Of a stretch of 64,000 nt of DNA, positions 1 to 16,227 are shown in pieces. Position 1 is the first letter of the stretch. Each line of letters starts with the position of its first letter. The DNA is from Octopus vulgaris (taxonomy: Eukaryota), in contig OX597816.1 of NCBI GenBank assembly GCA_951406725.2, positions 73,160,001 through 73,224,000 on the forward strand, in the 5' to 3' direction. The translations under genes and the position numbers were made by a program. The notes under the pieces are model-generated. The model did no database searches, was not told the DNA's origin, and saw only the letters and a list, made by a program, of their open reading frames with translations.

Positions 1-151
1 GTAGAATGTATCATGTCTATATTTATATTATAGAATATATATTATAGAAGATATAATTATTTCAATATTCACTAAATATTTTCTCAGTATATTTGTAATA
101 CAGTACTATCATACACTGAGATAAATACACTATCTAAGATGTTTGTGGAAT

Positions 152-208
<57 letters not shown>

Positions 209-460
209 CAGAGAGAGAGCAACAAGAAATTGGAGGGGATCAATAGGTGGTATTCATTTTTATCCCTGTATGTTATATATTTTAATAATTCCAGTTATCT
301 TTCTATATTATATTTATGAAGCATATGTTATACATGTATGTATATTGTAGTAATTGTCATTTTAGCAAATAAATAAATATATTGACATAATATAATGTCT
401 AAAAGTTGATGAATATCGCCTATTTATCCACTCTAGTTTCTTATTGCACTATAAATGAAT

Positions 461-517
<57 letters not shown>

Positions 518-581
518 TTATTTATATATAAGTTTGTGTGTGTATGTATATATATACATATATATATACATATATATATAT

Positions 582-622
<41 letters not shown>

Positions 623-828
623 TATATACACGTATAAGCGGAACGTCTGAGGGGTGATACTGTCTTATATAACTGGTACACGCTTTGGCTTTCGGCGTAT
701 GCACATGTTGTTTTGAACGGTGTGAATATGACACCCTTAAACCTTCTTTTCTCACCAAAACCAGATAACTCTTTCATAGTAGGTTAACGCAACCTTTGTG
801 ATAAATCCAAAGATATCTATCAGTGAAA

Positions 829-865
<37 letters not shown>

Positions 866-985
866 CTGTATATATATATATACATGCGATTTTTCTGAAT
901 TTACAGATTTTTCTATATGCTAGGCTACTGGTTTTAAATTGATGTTAATTAAATTTATATTAAATTTATCACCCTCATTATTTAT

Positions 986-1023
<38 letters not shown>

Positions 1024-1197
1024 TATAATGAGATAAAAATCCAAGGGTGTGAAAGATTTTATCACACATTTATAACAGAGAAAATTTATATTTATATTGA
1101 TATTTGTATATACACGAAAACAGACGCTATACCGTCACTGCTGTATATATGTGCGTATATATGAATATTTTATATATATATATAATATATATATATA

Positions 1198-1256
<59 letters not shown>

Positions 1257-1726
1257 CAATAGATGACTATTTATATTTATACCTTATTGTATATAGAATA
1301 ATACGTAAACAATAATATATGGTTTTGTTTTGGAATAATGATTCTCGAAGCGCATGACCTATAGCTACAAAGAATAGTATATAAATATTGGGCTGAAAAA
1401 GAGGAAAGAATCCGGATTCTCATTGGGCACGTCCCTATTTCGCCTGTACAAATTGCAGCCGTTCGAACCTTGGTCTGAGCAATAGAGCAAATGTCTTTAT
1501 CCATTTTAGAAATTATTCTTACGAGCGAGAATTTTATGTTGTGACCAAAACTACATACATACATACATACACACACACAAAAAAATACACAAATGCACAG
1601 ACTCATTAAGAAGAAGAAGAAAAAAAAATGAAATATATTTGCAATTAAAAATGAAATACATGACACTCTGGGAACTAATCAGAGAGTGGGAATGTGGTAA
1701 TTAGAATGTTTCGGTGAAAATTGTTT

Positions 1727-1803
<77 letters not shown>

Positions 1804-1820
1804 TATATGTTTATATATGC

Positions 1821-1895
<75 letters not shown>

Positions 1896-1998
1896 AATAC
1901 ATATATACATGTATGTATATACAAACACATATATGTATATGTAAACACATATATATGCAAATATATATACCTGCATATATGTCTATATATGCATTTAT

Positions 1999-2045
<47 letters not shown>

Positions 2046-2242
2046 GATAGATATAGATATAGATATATAGATATATATATGTCTGTATGTATGTATATAT
2101 ACATACATACATTATATATATATATATATACACACACACACATATATATGCATACATATATACACATATATTTATGCCTGTATATATTATTTGGTAGCTA
2201 GGAAATATATGTAGCCTGGATTTTACTTACTACACTCCCTCA

Positions 2243-2299
<57 letters not shown>

Positions 2300-2719
2300 A
2301 ACAAACTTCACACAAATGAATATGTATAATTGAAATAAACGTAGATAAACGCTGAATGACAGAAGAGACATAAATAGAAAGAAAGAATGAAAGAAAAAAA
2401 ATAAAGAAACAAACAAACAGACAAACAATCAAAGAAAAAAGAGCAAGGAAGGAAGAAAAGAAGAAAGATTTAGAGGAGAAATGAAAAAGGTTTGCTTTAG
2501 AAAGTTAGTGAGGCGGTTAAATATTTTCCTTTCAGAATAACCAAAATGTTAATTTTCAGGTTTTTTATTTATTTATTTTTTAAATATGAATTGAACAACG
2601 AGGTATACCCACCTGCAATTATTAACCTATGATTTACGACTTAACAAGACAGCCTATATATCATGGCTTGCTTTATAAAAACACAACCGAATTTCTATGC
2701 ACTTTGTATTTCATATTTA

Positions 2720-5050
2720 ATAATAGTGGTTTCTAATTTTGGTACAAGGCCAGCGGATTTAAGAGAGGGGTTAGTCGATTACATCGACCCTGGCACTTGA
2801 CTGGCACGATTTTTATCGACCCGGAAAGAATAAAAAGCAAAGTTGACCTCGGTAAAATTTGAACTCAGAACGTAAAGAGCCGAAAGAAATACCGCTAAAC
2901 AGTTTGTAAGGCGCGGCAACGTTTCTAGTTTCTTTACTGCCCACAAAGGGCTAAACATAGAGGGGACAAACAAGGACAGACAAAGGGAGTAAGTCAATTA
3001 CATCGACCCCAGTGCGAAACTGGTACTAAATTTATCGACTTCGAAAGGATGAAAGGCAAAGTCAACCTCGGCGGAATTTGAACTCAGAACGTAACGGCAG
3101 ACGAAATACCTATTTCTTTACTACCCACAAGGGGCTAAACACAGAGAGGACAAACAAGGACAGACAAACGGATTAAGTTGATTATATCGACCCCAGAGCG
3201 TAACTGGTACTTATTTAATCAACCCCGAGAGGATGAAAGGCGAAGTCGACTGCGGCGGAATTTGAACTCAGAACGTAACGGCAGACGAAATACCTCCAAG
3301 CATTTCGCCCGGCGTGCTAACGTTTCTGCCAGTTCGTCACCTTAATAACTATTTCAAATTTTGGCACAAAGCCGGCAGTTTTTAAAGGGTAAGTATGTCG
3401 ATTACATCGACCTCAGTACTCAACTGGTACTTATTTCATCGACCCCCGAAACAATGAAAGGAGAAGTCGACCTCGGCGGAATTTGATTTCAAAATGTTAA
3501 GACGGACGAAATGCCGATTAGAATTTTGTTCGGCGTACTAATAGTTCTGCCATCTTGCCACCCGAATAATTCTTTCTACTACAGGCACAAGGCCTAAAGT
3601 TTTGGGGACGGGACCAGTCGATTAGATCGATCCCAAATGGTACATAATTTATCGATCTCGAAAGGATGAAAGGAAAAGTCGACTTCGGCGGAATTTGAAC
3701 TCAGAACGTAAGGACGGACGAAACGCCGCAAAGCATTTCGCCCGACGTGCTAACGGTTCTGCTAGCACGCCGCCTTATCTTGCCGCCTTGATAATAATAA
3801 TTCCTTCTAATTTCTTGGGCTGGGCCAGCAATTTTCAAGCGAAGATGAAGTCGTTTACATTAACCCACAAAACGATGACAGGTAATTTGACTTCAACGGG
3901 AATTGAACTCAGAAAGTAACAAACCGAATAATGCTGCTAAGCATTTCTTCCGACACCCAAAAGAATGTGCCAGCTTATCACCTGATTAAAGTTTTTAAAT
4001 TGTTGGCACAAGGCCAACAATTTTATGGGGTTAAGATAACATCGACTCCAGCACATGACTGGCACTTCATTTTATTAACACTTGAGGGATTGAAAGTGAA
4101 GTTGATCTTGGCTGGATTTGAACCGGAAGAAATGGCACAAACGAATCTACCACCTCGCAGCCAAGTAATTTTGATAATTTTAATAATTCTTTCTGCACAA
4201 GGCCTGGAATCTGTGGGGAGGGGGCTACTCGATTACATCGACCCTAGTGTTTCATACGAAAGGATGAAATACAAAGTCAACTCTCAGCGGAATTTGAACT
4301 CAGAACGTAACAACAGGCCAGCTCACCGCCATTTTGGATGATTTTAATAATACTCCTTTCTACCGGAAGCACAAGGCCTCAGATTTTGGGGGAAGGGATT
4401 AAGTCGATTACATTAACCCCAGTGTGTAACTGGTACTTATTTAATCGACTCCGAAAAGATGGAGGCCAAAGTCAACCCTGGCGGAATTTGAACTCAGAAT
4501 GTTGCGACAGACGAAATCCTTCGCCCAGAATGCTAACGATTCTGCCAGCTCGCCACCTTTTTGATAATTTTAATAATAATAGTTTTAATAATTTTAGTAA
4601 TAATAATAGTTTCAAATTTTCTCACAGAGCCAGCAGTTTTTGAGGAGAGGCCAAAGTCGATTACATGGATCCCACTACCTCACTGGTATCTATTTTATCG
4701 ACCCCGAAAAGATGAAAGGTAAAGTTAACCTTGACAGTATTTGAACTGTAAACGTCACGAGCCTAAAAAAAATGCCGACAAGCTTCAGTCTGATGTGCCA
4801 ACGAATCTGGCATCTCGCGACCAAACAATAATAGCAATAATAATTGTTATTTCTTATTTTGGAACAAGACCAGCAAGTTTTGTTGGTGGAACTACGGGAT
4901 TACATCGACACCAATTGTTGACTGACACTTTATTTTATCGACCCCGAAAGTATAAAAGGAAGGATTGACATCGGACGAATTTGAACTCGGCGCGTAAAGA
5001 ACCGGTTGGAAGGCCGCCAAACATTCAATCCGAAGCACCAAAGATTCTAA
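2720..5050 (-). mobile_element. Head-to-tail cluster of about 11 Nin-domain tRNA-derived SINE copies
   Basis: Repeated plus-strand GTCGATTACATCGACCCC..CTGGTACT..ATCGACCCCGAAAGGATGAAAGGCAAAGTCGACCTCGGCGGAATTTGAACTCAGAACG. On minus this gives a tRNA-like B box (GAGTTCAAATTCC) plus the Nin/Deu-like core GCCTTTCATCCTTTCGGGGTCGATAAA..GTACCAG. Copies are separated by short TAA-rich spacers. Confidence 0.85.
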
Positions 5051-5644
5051 ATATTACAAACTAGACCTTTCTTGATCAGGATTGAATAGAAGTTAATTAA
5101 AACTAATGAAATTAACTAAAAACTTTATCACATATTTTAGCTGGTGAGCTGTGTATAATAGGTGAAGAATAATTTTTATGCAGGCGACCGCAGTTCAAGC
5201 GGCGACTAACAAGTGAGCTGATGCACCATACGAACACACGCTCACAAGAAGATTTTATGAATGAATCACTGTGAGAGAACAGGAATGCGTGTGAGCAAAG
5301 ATGTATATATGCATGTATATGTCAAAGTATATAATATGGGCATATACGAATAAACAAATAAACATGTATACGTACGTACGAGTACGCATTTGTGCGCATA
5401 TGTATGTATATGTATCTTACTAACTCTCTCTCCCTCTCTCTCTCTCAGTCTCTCTCTATATATATATATACATATATAAACATAGATATACAAACACTAA
5501 AATATGTAAACTTATATATGTATGTACACACACATATATATATACGTATATATATGCGTGTGTATATGCATGAAAGTTTATATATATAAATGTATGCATA
5601 TATGCATATATATGTATATATATATATGGATGCATATATATGTG

Positions 5645-5685
<41 letters not shown>

Positions 5686-5823
5686 ATATATATTTGTATA
5701 GACATGCATAAGTATTGATCTACATACATACATACATGCGTACATACATACATATATATATATGTGTGTTTGTAAATATATCTACACGCTAAAATATATA
5801 AATGTATATATGTTTGTATATAT

Positions 5824-5883
<60 letters not shown>

Positions 5884-6027
5884 GTGTGTGTGTATGTATG
5901 TATTATACAACTATATTCATATATATGTGCATATATACATACCTATATATATATTTGTATGTAAATGGATGTATATAGATGAGTATGCTTACATGTATAT
6001 ACGTGGATGAGTATGTATGCATTTATA

Positions 6028-6180
<153 letters not shown>

Positions 6181-6676
6181 TATGTATGTATATCTGGAAC
6201 ACACACAAGTATGTGGTTCATACGTGATGGTATACATAGTTTCATGTCTGTTCGTCTGTGTTTCTGAGTGTGCGCGCGCCGTGTGTGCGTGAAAGCATGC
6301 GTATATGGCATTGTGTGTGTTTGCTTGTACGTACGTGCGTGTGCATATCCGTGTATTTGTACACCGGTTCAATAGTCGGAGATCAATAATTAGTGCCATA
6401 CAGATTGATCTAACTAATGACGCCGTGTACTTATAAGCACCGAGCTAATAATTAAAAACACTGAAAGAATTATGCGCAGAAAGAAGCGCGCGCGCGCTTA
6501 CACACGTGCACGCACAAACACAGATATATGCAGTTACGTGTGCGTGCGTACGTGTGTGTTTTTGTGTGTGTAATCATGAGCGTATGTTGAATTTTCTATC
6601 ACGGATCAGTATATTAAATATATATATATATATATATACATACATATATACATATATATATTTATATATATACATA

Positions 6677-6729
<53 letters not shown>

Positions 6730-6763
6730 GAGACATATTTATATATATATACATATATTTATA

Positions 6764-6818
<55 letters not shown>

Positions 6819-6905
6819 TATACACATGTATATGTACAAGTATATATACACACTAAAGTATACGAATGTATATATGTTTGTATATATGCATATATGTGTA
6901 TGTAT

Positions 6906-6982
<77 letters not shown>

Positions 6983-7401
6983 CAGATACTTGTATATTAT
7001 TTATAGATTAAAGACAAGTATTTTCTGCATGTAGAGGACAAAATATAAGGACAAACAAGTCAGATAAGTCGATAATACAAAAAAAAATATTATATATATT
7101 CAATACAAAAATATGTACATATGTATACTTATAAAAAGTCCAACTTACACAGAATATAAATTATATATATATATATATTTTAAACGACATCCTTTTTGAA
7201 AGTGACTTCGAATTTTAAGCCAGCAACCGTCATCTGACAGCTAAGACATCGACGTCCGACCGATGTCTTAACTGTCCGAAACTTCGAAGTCTCTTTCAAC
7301 ATTCTTATTTAAGAATAATAAGTTTGTGCTCTACAAAATCCCATCAGATTAATGAACAATTCTTTTTACTATAGCAGAACATAAGAGCATTATCGCATAT
7401 A

Positions 7402-7484
<83 letters not shown>

Positions 7485-7487
<3 letters not shown>

Positions 7488-7640
7488 GTGTGTGGTAAGT
7501 AGCTTGTTTACCAACCACATGGTTCCGGGTTCAGTCCCACTGCGTGGCACCTTGGGCAAGTGTCTTCTACTATAGCCTCGGGCCGACCAAAGCCTTCTGA
7601 TTGGGTTTGGTAGGCGGAAACTGAAAGAAACCCGTCGTAT
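7485..7640 (+). mobile_element. CORE-like SINE 5' half (other partial copies: 18655-18850 -, 36405-36640 -, 37875-38285 +, 40525-40800 +, 50565-50725 +, 51390-51545 +, 59845-59960 +)
   Basis: GTGTGGTAAGTAGCTTG..GGTTCAGTCCCACTGCGTGGCACCTTGGGCAAGTGTC; breaks at the internal microsatellite. Confidence 0.8.
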
Positions 7641-7643
7641 ATA

Positions 7644-7699
<56 letters not shown>

Positions 7700-8076
7700 T
7701 ATATATATATATGTATTTACGTATTTTTATATGTTTATATATATATATGAAAGTTCATACACATACCATATATACATGCATATATTCATATTAATAATCT
7801 AGATGTTTTAATGTCTACTCGTAAGATCAGATGTGTGTATTTCTTTGACTGAGTGATCAATCAAGTGGAATCTGTTCTCTTCTTTCCAACACGCACGCAC
7901 GCTCAAAGACTTTACGTGCTATTAGATGTTTCTGGAAATAAAACGGCGGCATTACATTAATTGGAGTACGTTATTAATTAATAATTAATAACGTGCTGGA
8001 GTTGAACTTTTCAATGGTGATGAGGATGATGATGATGAAGATTATTATTATTATTTTTATTGTTATCATTCTTCTT

Positions 8077-8107
<31 letters not shown>

Positions 8108-8125
8108 TTCTTCTTCTTCTTATTC

Positions 8126-8177
<52 letters not shown>

Positions 8178-8245
8178 TATTATCGTTATTGCGCGTGTGT
8201 GTGCCTGCGTGTTTATATTCGGGGCATAGATACGTGAATATGTAT

Positions 8246-8311
<66 letters not shown>

Positions 8312-8472
8312 ATAGATAGATAAATAAATATATAGACAGATAGATAGATAAATAGATCGATAGATAGAAAGATAGATCGATAGATAGATAGATATGGATA
8401 TATATATAGATATATATATGTATGTATGTATATGTATATATATATAGATATATACATGTATGTATGTCTATG

Positions 8473-8510
<38 letters not shown>

Positions 8511-8983
8511 GGAGAGAGAGAGAAGGGAGAGAAGTGGATAGACAGACAGATGTATCGAAATGTATATATTATATTTACTTATTTATCTATACATGTGAAT
8601 ATACATATGTGTGTGTGTGTGCGTGTGTGAGTGTGTGTGTGTGTGTGTGTGTATGTGTGTGTACGTGTGTGTGCGTACTTGAGTGCATGTAATGCGCCTT
8701 ATATGTAAATAAACGAAGTGCCAGCCTTGGCAGTTCCTAGCTTGTCGTTACATCTTTTCGATATCCGAAGCGACGGAATCTCTCGAAACACAAATTACCA
8801 ACATTAGAGGTGGAACACGTCACTGCTTGGAATAGCTTCAGCGCTCTAATGGATGATGTGGTAACTTGATACAGAACGCACACACACACACACACACACA
8901 ACACACACGCACTTCCACTATGTTAAATATTACGCACGCAGACACACACACACATATACGCATATATATATATATAGATATAA

Positions 8984-9120
<137 letters not shown>

Positions 9121-9127
9121 AAGAAAG

Positions 9128-9164
<37 letters not shown>

Positions 9165-9337
9165 GATTCAGATGAATATGGTACGTAAGTCAAAGGTACA
9201 AGAATTTAGTATGGTATTATCCATATAAATCAAAATAAGCAACAAGTATATCCGAAGTAGAGTAGTACAATTGTTTCATGCTCCTTCATTTTATACTATA
9301 TTTTTACATATATATATATATATACATACATACATAC

Positions 9338-9370
<33 letters not shown>

Positions 9371-9783
9371 TGGGGGGATTTGTGTAGGTAGGTGTTGTGT
9401 GTATGCGTGTTTTAATATATATATATGTGTGTTTATATATGCATATCCATATATTCACATAATATACGATGAATTATAAACCCGAGATATACATGTAAAA
9501 TAGATAAATGCATACAATGAAATTATAATTGGATTTATATAAGATAACTGTAATAAATTAGAAATCTCTTTCCCGGAGTATTGAATACCGTATCTAGTAA
9601 GAATGAGGCACAATACACACACACACACACATACATACATAGATACATATATATATATATATAATATACATTAGGTATAGGACATCACCAAGGAGCGAAA
9701 AACACGTAAACACACGAGCGATAACTACAAGACAAAATACCAAAATAAAAAAAATAGAAAAACAATATGAACAGGAAATCAGG

Positions 9784-9856
<73 letters not shown>

Positions 9857-9872
9857 TATATATATATATACA

Positions 9873-9931
<59 letters not shown>

Positions 9932-9996
9932 TTATATATACATGTATATATATACGTATATCTATATGGAATGATAGGAATTTACCCACGTATCTA

Positions 9997-10043
<47 letters not shown>

Positions 10044-10768
10044 GCACAACCAAGTTAACATACACGCATACATGCACATACATACATTTCATTCATTAAG
10101 AAATAAAACAAGCCTCCGTCACGTGATACATTGACATATATCTTTTCGTCTCAAAATAATACCCGAAAAAAAAAAAAAAAGAAAAAATGTATATATATGA
10201 ATTACCGCAATTAAACACTAGTGTGTAATTAATCAACCTAATTATGAGTAAACGCTATTAATTAGTCATTGAGTGATTTATGTATTTTTTATGCAATTTT
10301 AATACAATTTGTCTCTTTTTATCTTTCGTTTTTTTTTCTTTTGTTTCTATTTATTTTTTTGTTTTGTTTTTGTTTTTTTTTTCCGTGTCTAATTTAGGCT
10401 AAAATTACTTCTAAGCGTTATTGAACCGAAGGCTACTTACAAGGCAAGTCTTATTTGATTAGCGTTGTTTACATAGAATCTTGGCTCGCGGTCGTGTTTA
10501 TAGGAGATTCAATACATTTTTGTCCTCTGTTCTATAACGAAACATCACCCAAACATGTTGGTACTAGGCCCTCATATGCACAGATACACTCATTCATTCA
10601 TGTAAATATAAATTATGTTGTCGTTGTTTTGTTGTCCTTGTGGTTGTACGTGTGAGTGTGTGTGTGTGTCTGGATGGTTGAATATGTGCTTATATATTTG
10701 AGATATATATATATATATATATTTCTATAATGCTTGTGTGCATATATACACACACGTATAATAAAAGT

Positions 10769-10914
<146 letters not shown>

Positions 10915-10962
10915 TATATGTATATATATATGAGTCAAAAATTATATGTGGGTGTGTATGTT

Positions 10963-11008
<46 letters not shown>

Positions 11009-11515
11009 GTGTACAAATACACAATTAGACTTAACACTATTTTAGCATGTTTTTATCTTTCACAATCATATTATGAATATCCGAACATGTTATGTGACAC
11101 TCACTCCATCTAGTCTTCTATAAAAATATTCTTCTGATGTATTCTATTTGATATATACTTTTTTCGCCCTGAGAACAGTAATATGTAAATAATTTACTTA
11201 TAATTATAATTAAATTAAATTCTAATTTTTTTTTTTTTACCATGCTGTTCACTTATTAATATTTACCGTTCGAAACGATCGTATGCATGGATTGGAATTT
11301 TAAAAAAATTTTAACACCTTCTCTTCTCCATCTTTAATTGTTTGTTGAGTTTCTATGGAATGTGTGTTCCATAAATGCTCATGACACACCTTGTACTCAT
11401 AACATTGTCATATTCGAAAAATACTTACAACAATAATTTACCAATGTAACGTGAAGAATCTTTATTAGAAATCGAACTTTAGAAATGTCCAAAGTAAAGG
11501 ATGAAATAGAATTTA

Positions 11516-11565
<50 letters not shown>

Positions 11566-11659
11566 ACGCATACACATACACACACACACATAATATATAT
11601 GCATATATGCATACGTATATGTACATACTTAAATTTATACATACATGCATATATATATG

Positions 11660-11746
<87 letters not shown>

Positions 11747-12249
11747 TATGTGGGCACAGAACGTCATGAGACGTGTACAACAACAACAAAAAAGGAAGCA
11801 CGAGTGCATGGAAAATTAACTATTCTTTCGAACAGCCAAAGTCACATATGGAAAACAAAACAAACAACATAAAGAACGACCCTTCGTCAGTTATTGGCTG
11901 TTTTTCTAGCCTTGCATTTCGATGTGTGTGTGTGTGTGTGTGAGCATGTGAAGGCTTATGGCTGAAGACATTCTGACCATGAACGTCTCGTCTATTATCA
12001 GCCATTACTTCCACTACTGATCCAGTACGTTTTGTACATTCTTAAAAGAGAGAGAGAAGGATGTGATTGGAGGATGCACTTTGGTTTCATATTTCTGGGC
12101 GATGAAATAATTTTTATACATTGGCTGGGCGAATTTTTGCACATAGAAATTATGGGGAAGCCCATTCTAAATATCACCATTGCATATGTGTGTGTATGTG
12201 TGTATGTATACACACACTAGAGCACAAACACCACACACATACATACATG

Positions 12250-12293
<44 letters not shown>

Positions 12294-12424
12294 TGAGTAT
12301 GTACAGATATGTGTATTGATATATATATATATGTGTGTGTGTGTGTGCGTGTGTGTGTGTGTGTAAATATCTTGGTATTAACTTAGTTACATATAAGTAA
12401 TTGCATGTGTCTATACAAGGGAGC

Positions 12425-12473
<49 letters not shown>

Positions 12474-12586
12474 ACTTACTTGGAAATGGATGCGTGGCAT
12501 TCGATCATATAATAATATTAGTAGTATATATATAGAGAGATAGATAGATAGATATAGATATAGATATATTCATATATGTACATACC

Positions 12587-12617
<31 letters not shown>

Positions 12618-12621
12618 GCAT

Positions 12622-12736
12622 ATACGGGTACAGGACGTCAAAAAAACGTGAAGAAAATTGAAACGGGAACATAACAACAAAAACATGATGTTCTCGTTTC
12701 CCATTTCTCGTTTTTTTTGACGTCCTGTACCCATAT
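12622..12736. repeat. Inverted repeat of another (TA)n-embedded element end (related: 11750-11925, 60835-60992, possibly 9672-9780)
   Basis: GGGTACAGGACGTCAAAAAAACG ... CGTTTTTTTTGACGTCCTGTACCC. Confidence 0.8.
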
Positions 12737-13166
12737 ATGCATGTATATATACATATACATGTAGGTATGTAAGTATGTATGCATGTATATACACATATAA
12801 CTATGTAGTATATATATATGTATATATTCATGTACACATCTATATATATCTATACAGAACCCCATGAGTTTTCTATATGTGTTTCAGATATAATTCTCTT
12901 CAGAAAGTTTCATTAAAAGTAAGTTAGCCCCCAAAAGATTAAACAGCAGGTTGTTCGTTCTGTTTATTTGGGTGTGAAGCGGGTGTAGTGGTTGTCTCAT
13001 GATACAAACATAACGCTGAAAGATGAGCTATATCTGGTAGCAACGTTTTGTAATCGGGGTGTTTTGATCCATTATGGTCATGCCTAATAACAACGGACCA
13101 TGGTTTTAAATTAGAAATATACATCTACAAAAGGGCCTTGTATGCATGAATGTATAAATATGTATA

Positions 13167-13213
<47 letters not shown>

Positions 13214-13364
13214 TGTGTGTGTGTGTGTTTGTGGGTGTAATACATGTGTATTTGTGTGTGTGAGTGTGTTAGTAATTGTGTGCATATGTGTTCGTGAATG
13301 TGCGCACGCTTGCGTGTGTGTGTGTGTGGGTGCGCACTTGATTATGTATGTATATATGTGTGTA

Positions 13365-13700
<336 letters not shown>

Positions 13701-13924
13701 TGCGCCGGACGGGCAAAAAATGCTTAGCGGCATCGTTGTTGTTATTGTTATTAATATTATTATTATTGTTGTTGTTGTTGTTGTTGTTATTATTATTCTT
13801 TTTCCCACTCTTTATAAATAAAACCAGCCTTTTTGTGTTTTGCATTTCGCCTTTTAATGTAGTCCTCAAACGTCTTGGGCCCCTTCAGTCAAGAAAAGAA
13901 ATCTTTATCACAATCATCATTATC

Positions 13925-14032
<108 letters not shown>

Positions 14033-14490
14033 CATTATTATTATTATTATTATTATTATCATCATCATTATCATCATTATTATTATCTGACCACGTATAT
14101 CCGTGATTTATATTCATCCAATAATTTCTTCCAATTACATTTTTCCAAACGACTGAGTGCAAATTAGAAGAAATTTAGATGTAAAATTTAGCAGTTCAGT
14201 TGACCAGAGAGAAACTCCATTGATTCACATGCTAAATAATACTAAAATACTAATCTTACTAATGTGTGCTCTATGACTTTTTTTTTTTTAGTGAAAGCTT
14301 ATTGGAAAGAATAATATATTTCCTTACTACGTAAAGTACTGAGGACGCTCTGAAGCAGGATTAAATATGTTATCTATTATGACAAATTAACTGTCTCATA
14401 AAGCTATTTGCATCCTTAGGTTTTCCTGGAAACTACACAACATTTAAGAAAATCACAAGCAATCAAAAATAAAAAAACGTTTAGCGTGTC

Positions 14491-14545
<55 letters not shown>

Positions 14546-14967
14546 GTATATACGCAGATACATATAGATAGAAGGATATTTAGACAGACAGACAGATTGA
14601 TACATACGCAAGCACTCATATTTATTGTACGTATATATTTTAACATGTATATATATATATATATAGTCTGGCGGTTATAGTCTGACTTCGTATTCGTTAT
14701 CTATTCCTTCTGTTTTGCATATGTGAATTGCAGGGTCTGTCATGCCCGGAGTCCAACTTTGATAGAAATAAGCATTCTTGACTGCTATTTCTATTTTTTC
14801 GGTATGCGGTCAAGCAACCTGTTTTGCCTGTCCCTTTTTCTTATATACAATATATATACTGAACTTTACAGAAGTTCCTGCAGGTAATCGGCTATATTTA
14901 CATACCGAATTCTACCAGTAAATAATTGGGTTTTTTTTAAAAGCCTTTATAGAAATTATTTACTCTT

Positions 14968-15026
<59 letters not shown>

Positions 15027-15223
15027 GTATATATATATATATATTACATAGCGGATCTACTCCTAGCATAATGGACGTCCACATAGTGGTCATCCCTCTA
15101 ATATGCATTACATATACATGTATATATTATACACATATATATATATATATATATATATAGCAGATATATGTATGCATGTTTCCCTGTATATATACACATA
15201 TACACACATACACACTCATTTAC

Positions 15224-15293
<70 letters not shown>

Positions 15294-15450
15294 AACGTTG
15301 TACCTGATGTTGTTGTTGCAGTTGACTGTTGTGTTGTAGCTATAGTTGCTTTAGTTAACCCCAGGTTCAACTCGACAGCACAGAACTATTATGAAATACA
15401 CCCAGTGCGGCCATACAGGCACATCATTATTATTATCATTATTATTATTA

Positions 15451-15509
<59 letters not shown>

Positions 15510-15655
15510 GTCGTCGTCCTTGTTGTTGTTGTTGTTGTTTTCCATGATGCACCCACGACCCATTATCCAATCATCTGCTTCATTTATCAGTCGATCGCAT
15601 CGCATGAGATTTGAACCAATTCCTCAGATTCAACCAAATTCATCACTTTCTTTTG

Positions 15656-15718
<63 letters not shown>

Positions 15719-16177
15719 AAAAGTAATTACTTAATTACTTCCAAAAATTATTGAAAGTGGTGGATAACATAGAAACCAGAAGAGCATGGGTGAAAATGCC
15801 TTTGACGTTTTTATTTACAACCGTTAAATTTGCCGACTTAAAATTACAGTGAAATTAATTTCTCCTTTCAACTATTCAAGATCGATATAATAAAGTAACT
15901 GAGTCAAGTGGTGAGATCGATCCATTCTAGTGATTTTAAGGTCTTGAGCTTATTATATATGAAATAAAAGTAATGAGGACGCTTTTATTGACAGAATCGT
16001 TATCAAGTGGGACTGTATGATTTCCCAGCAGTTCGAATTTCGCCAAGGTCGTCTTTCATCGGCATTCGCCCTTTCAGGACAGATAAAATTATTAGCAGCT
16101 TATACCTAATGTAGAAAAGATTATCAAGGGACTTCGTCACACACGCGCACACACACACGCACACGCACAAGCACACA

Positions 16178-16227
<50 letters not shown>

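Noticed and set aside
1277-1666. 129-aa minus ORF with a non-repetitive core
   Set aside because: No recognisable domain or convincing splice sites, and it starts in simple repeats.
2720-5050. Repeat-spacer periodicity suggestive of a CRISPR array or tRNA cluster
   Set aside because: Units are ~200 bp divergent SINEs; there are no identical short repeats with unique spacers, no cas genes and no complete cloverleaf.
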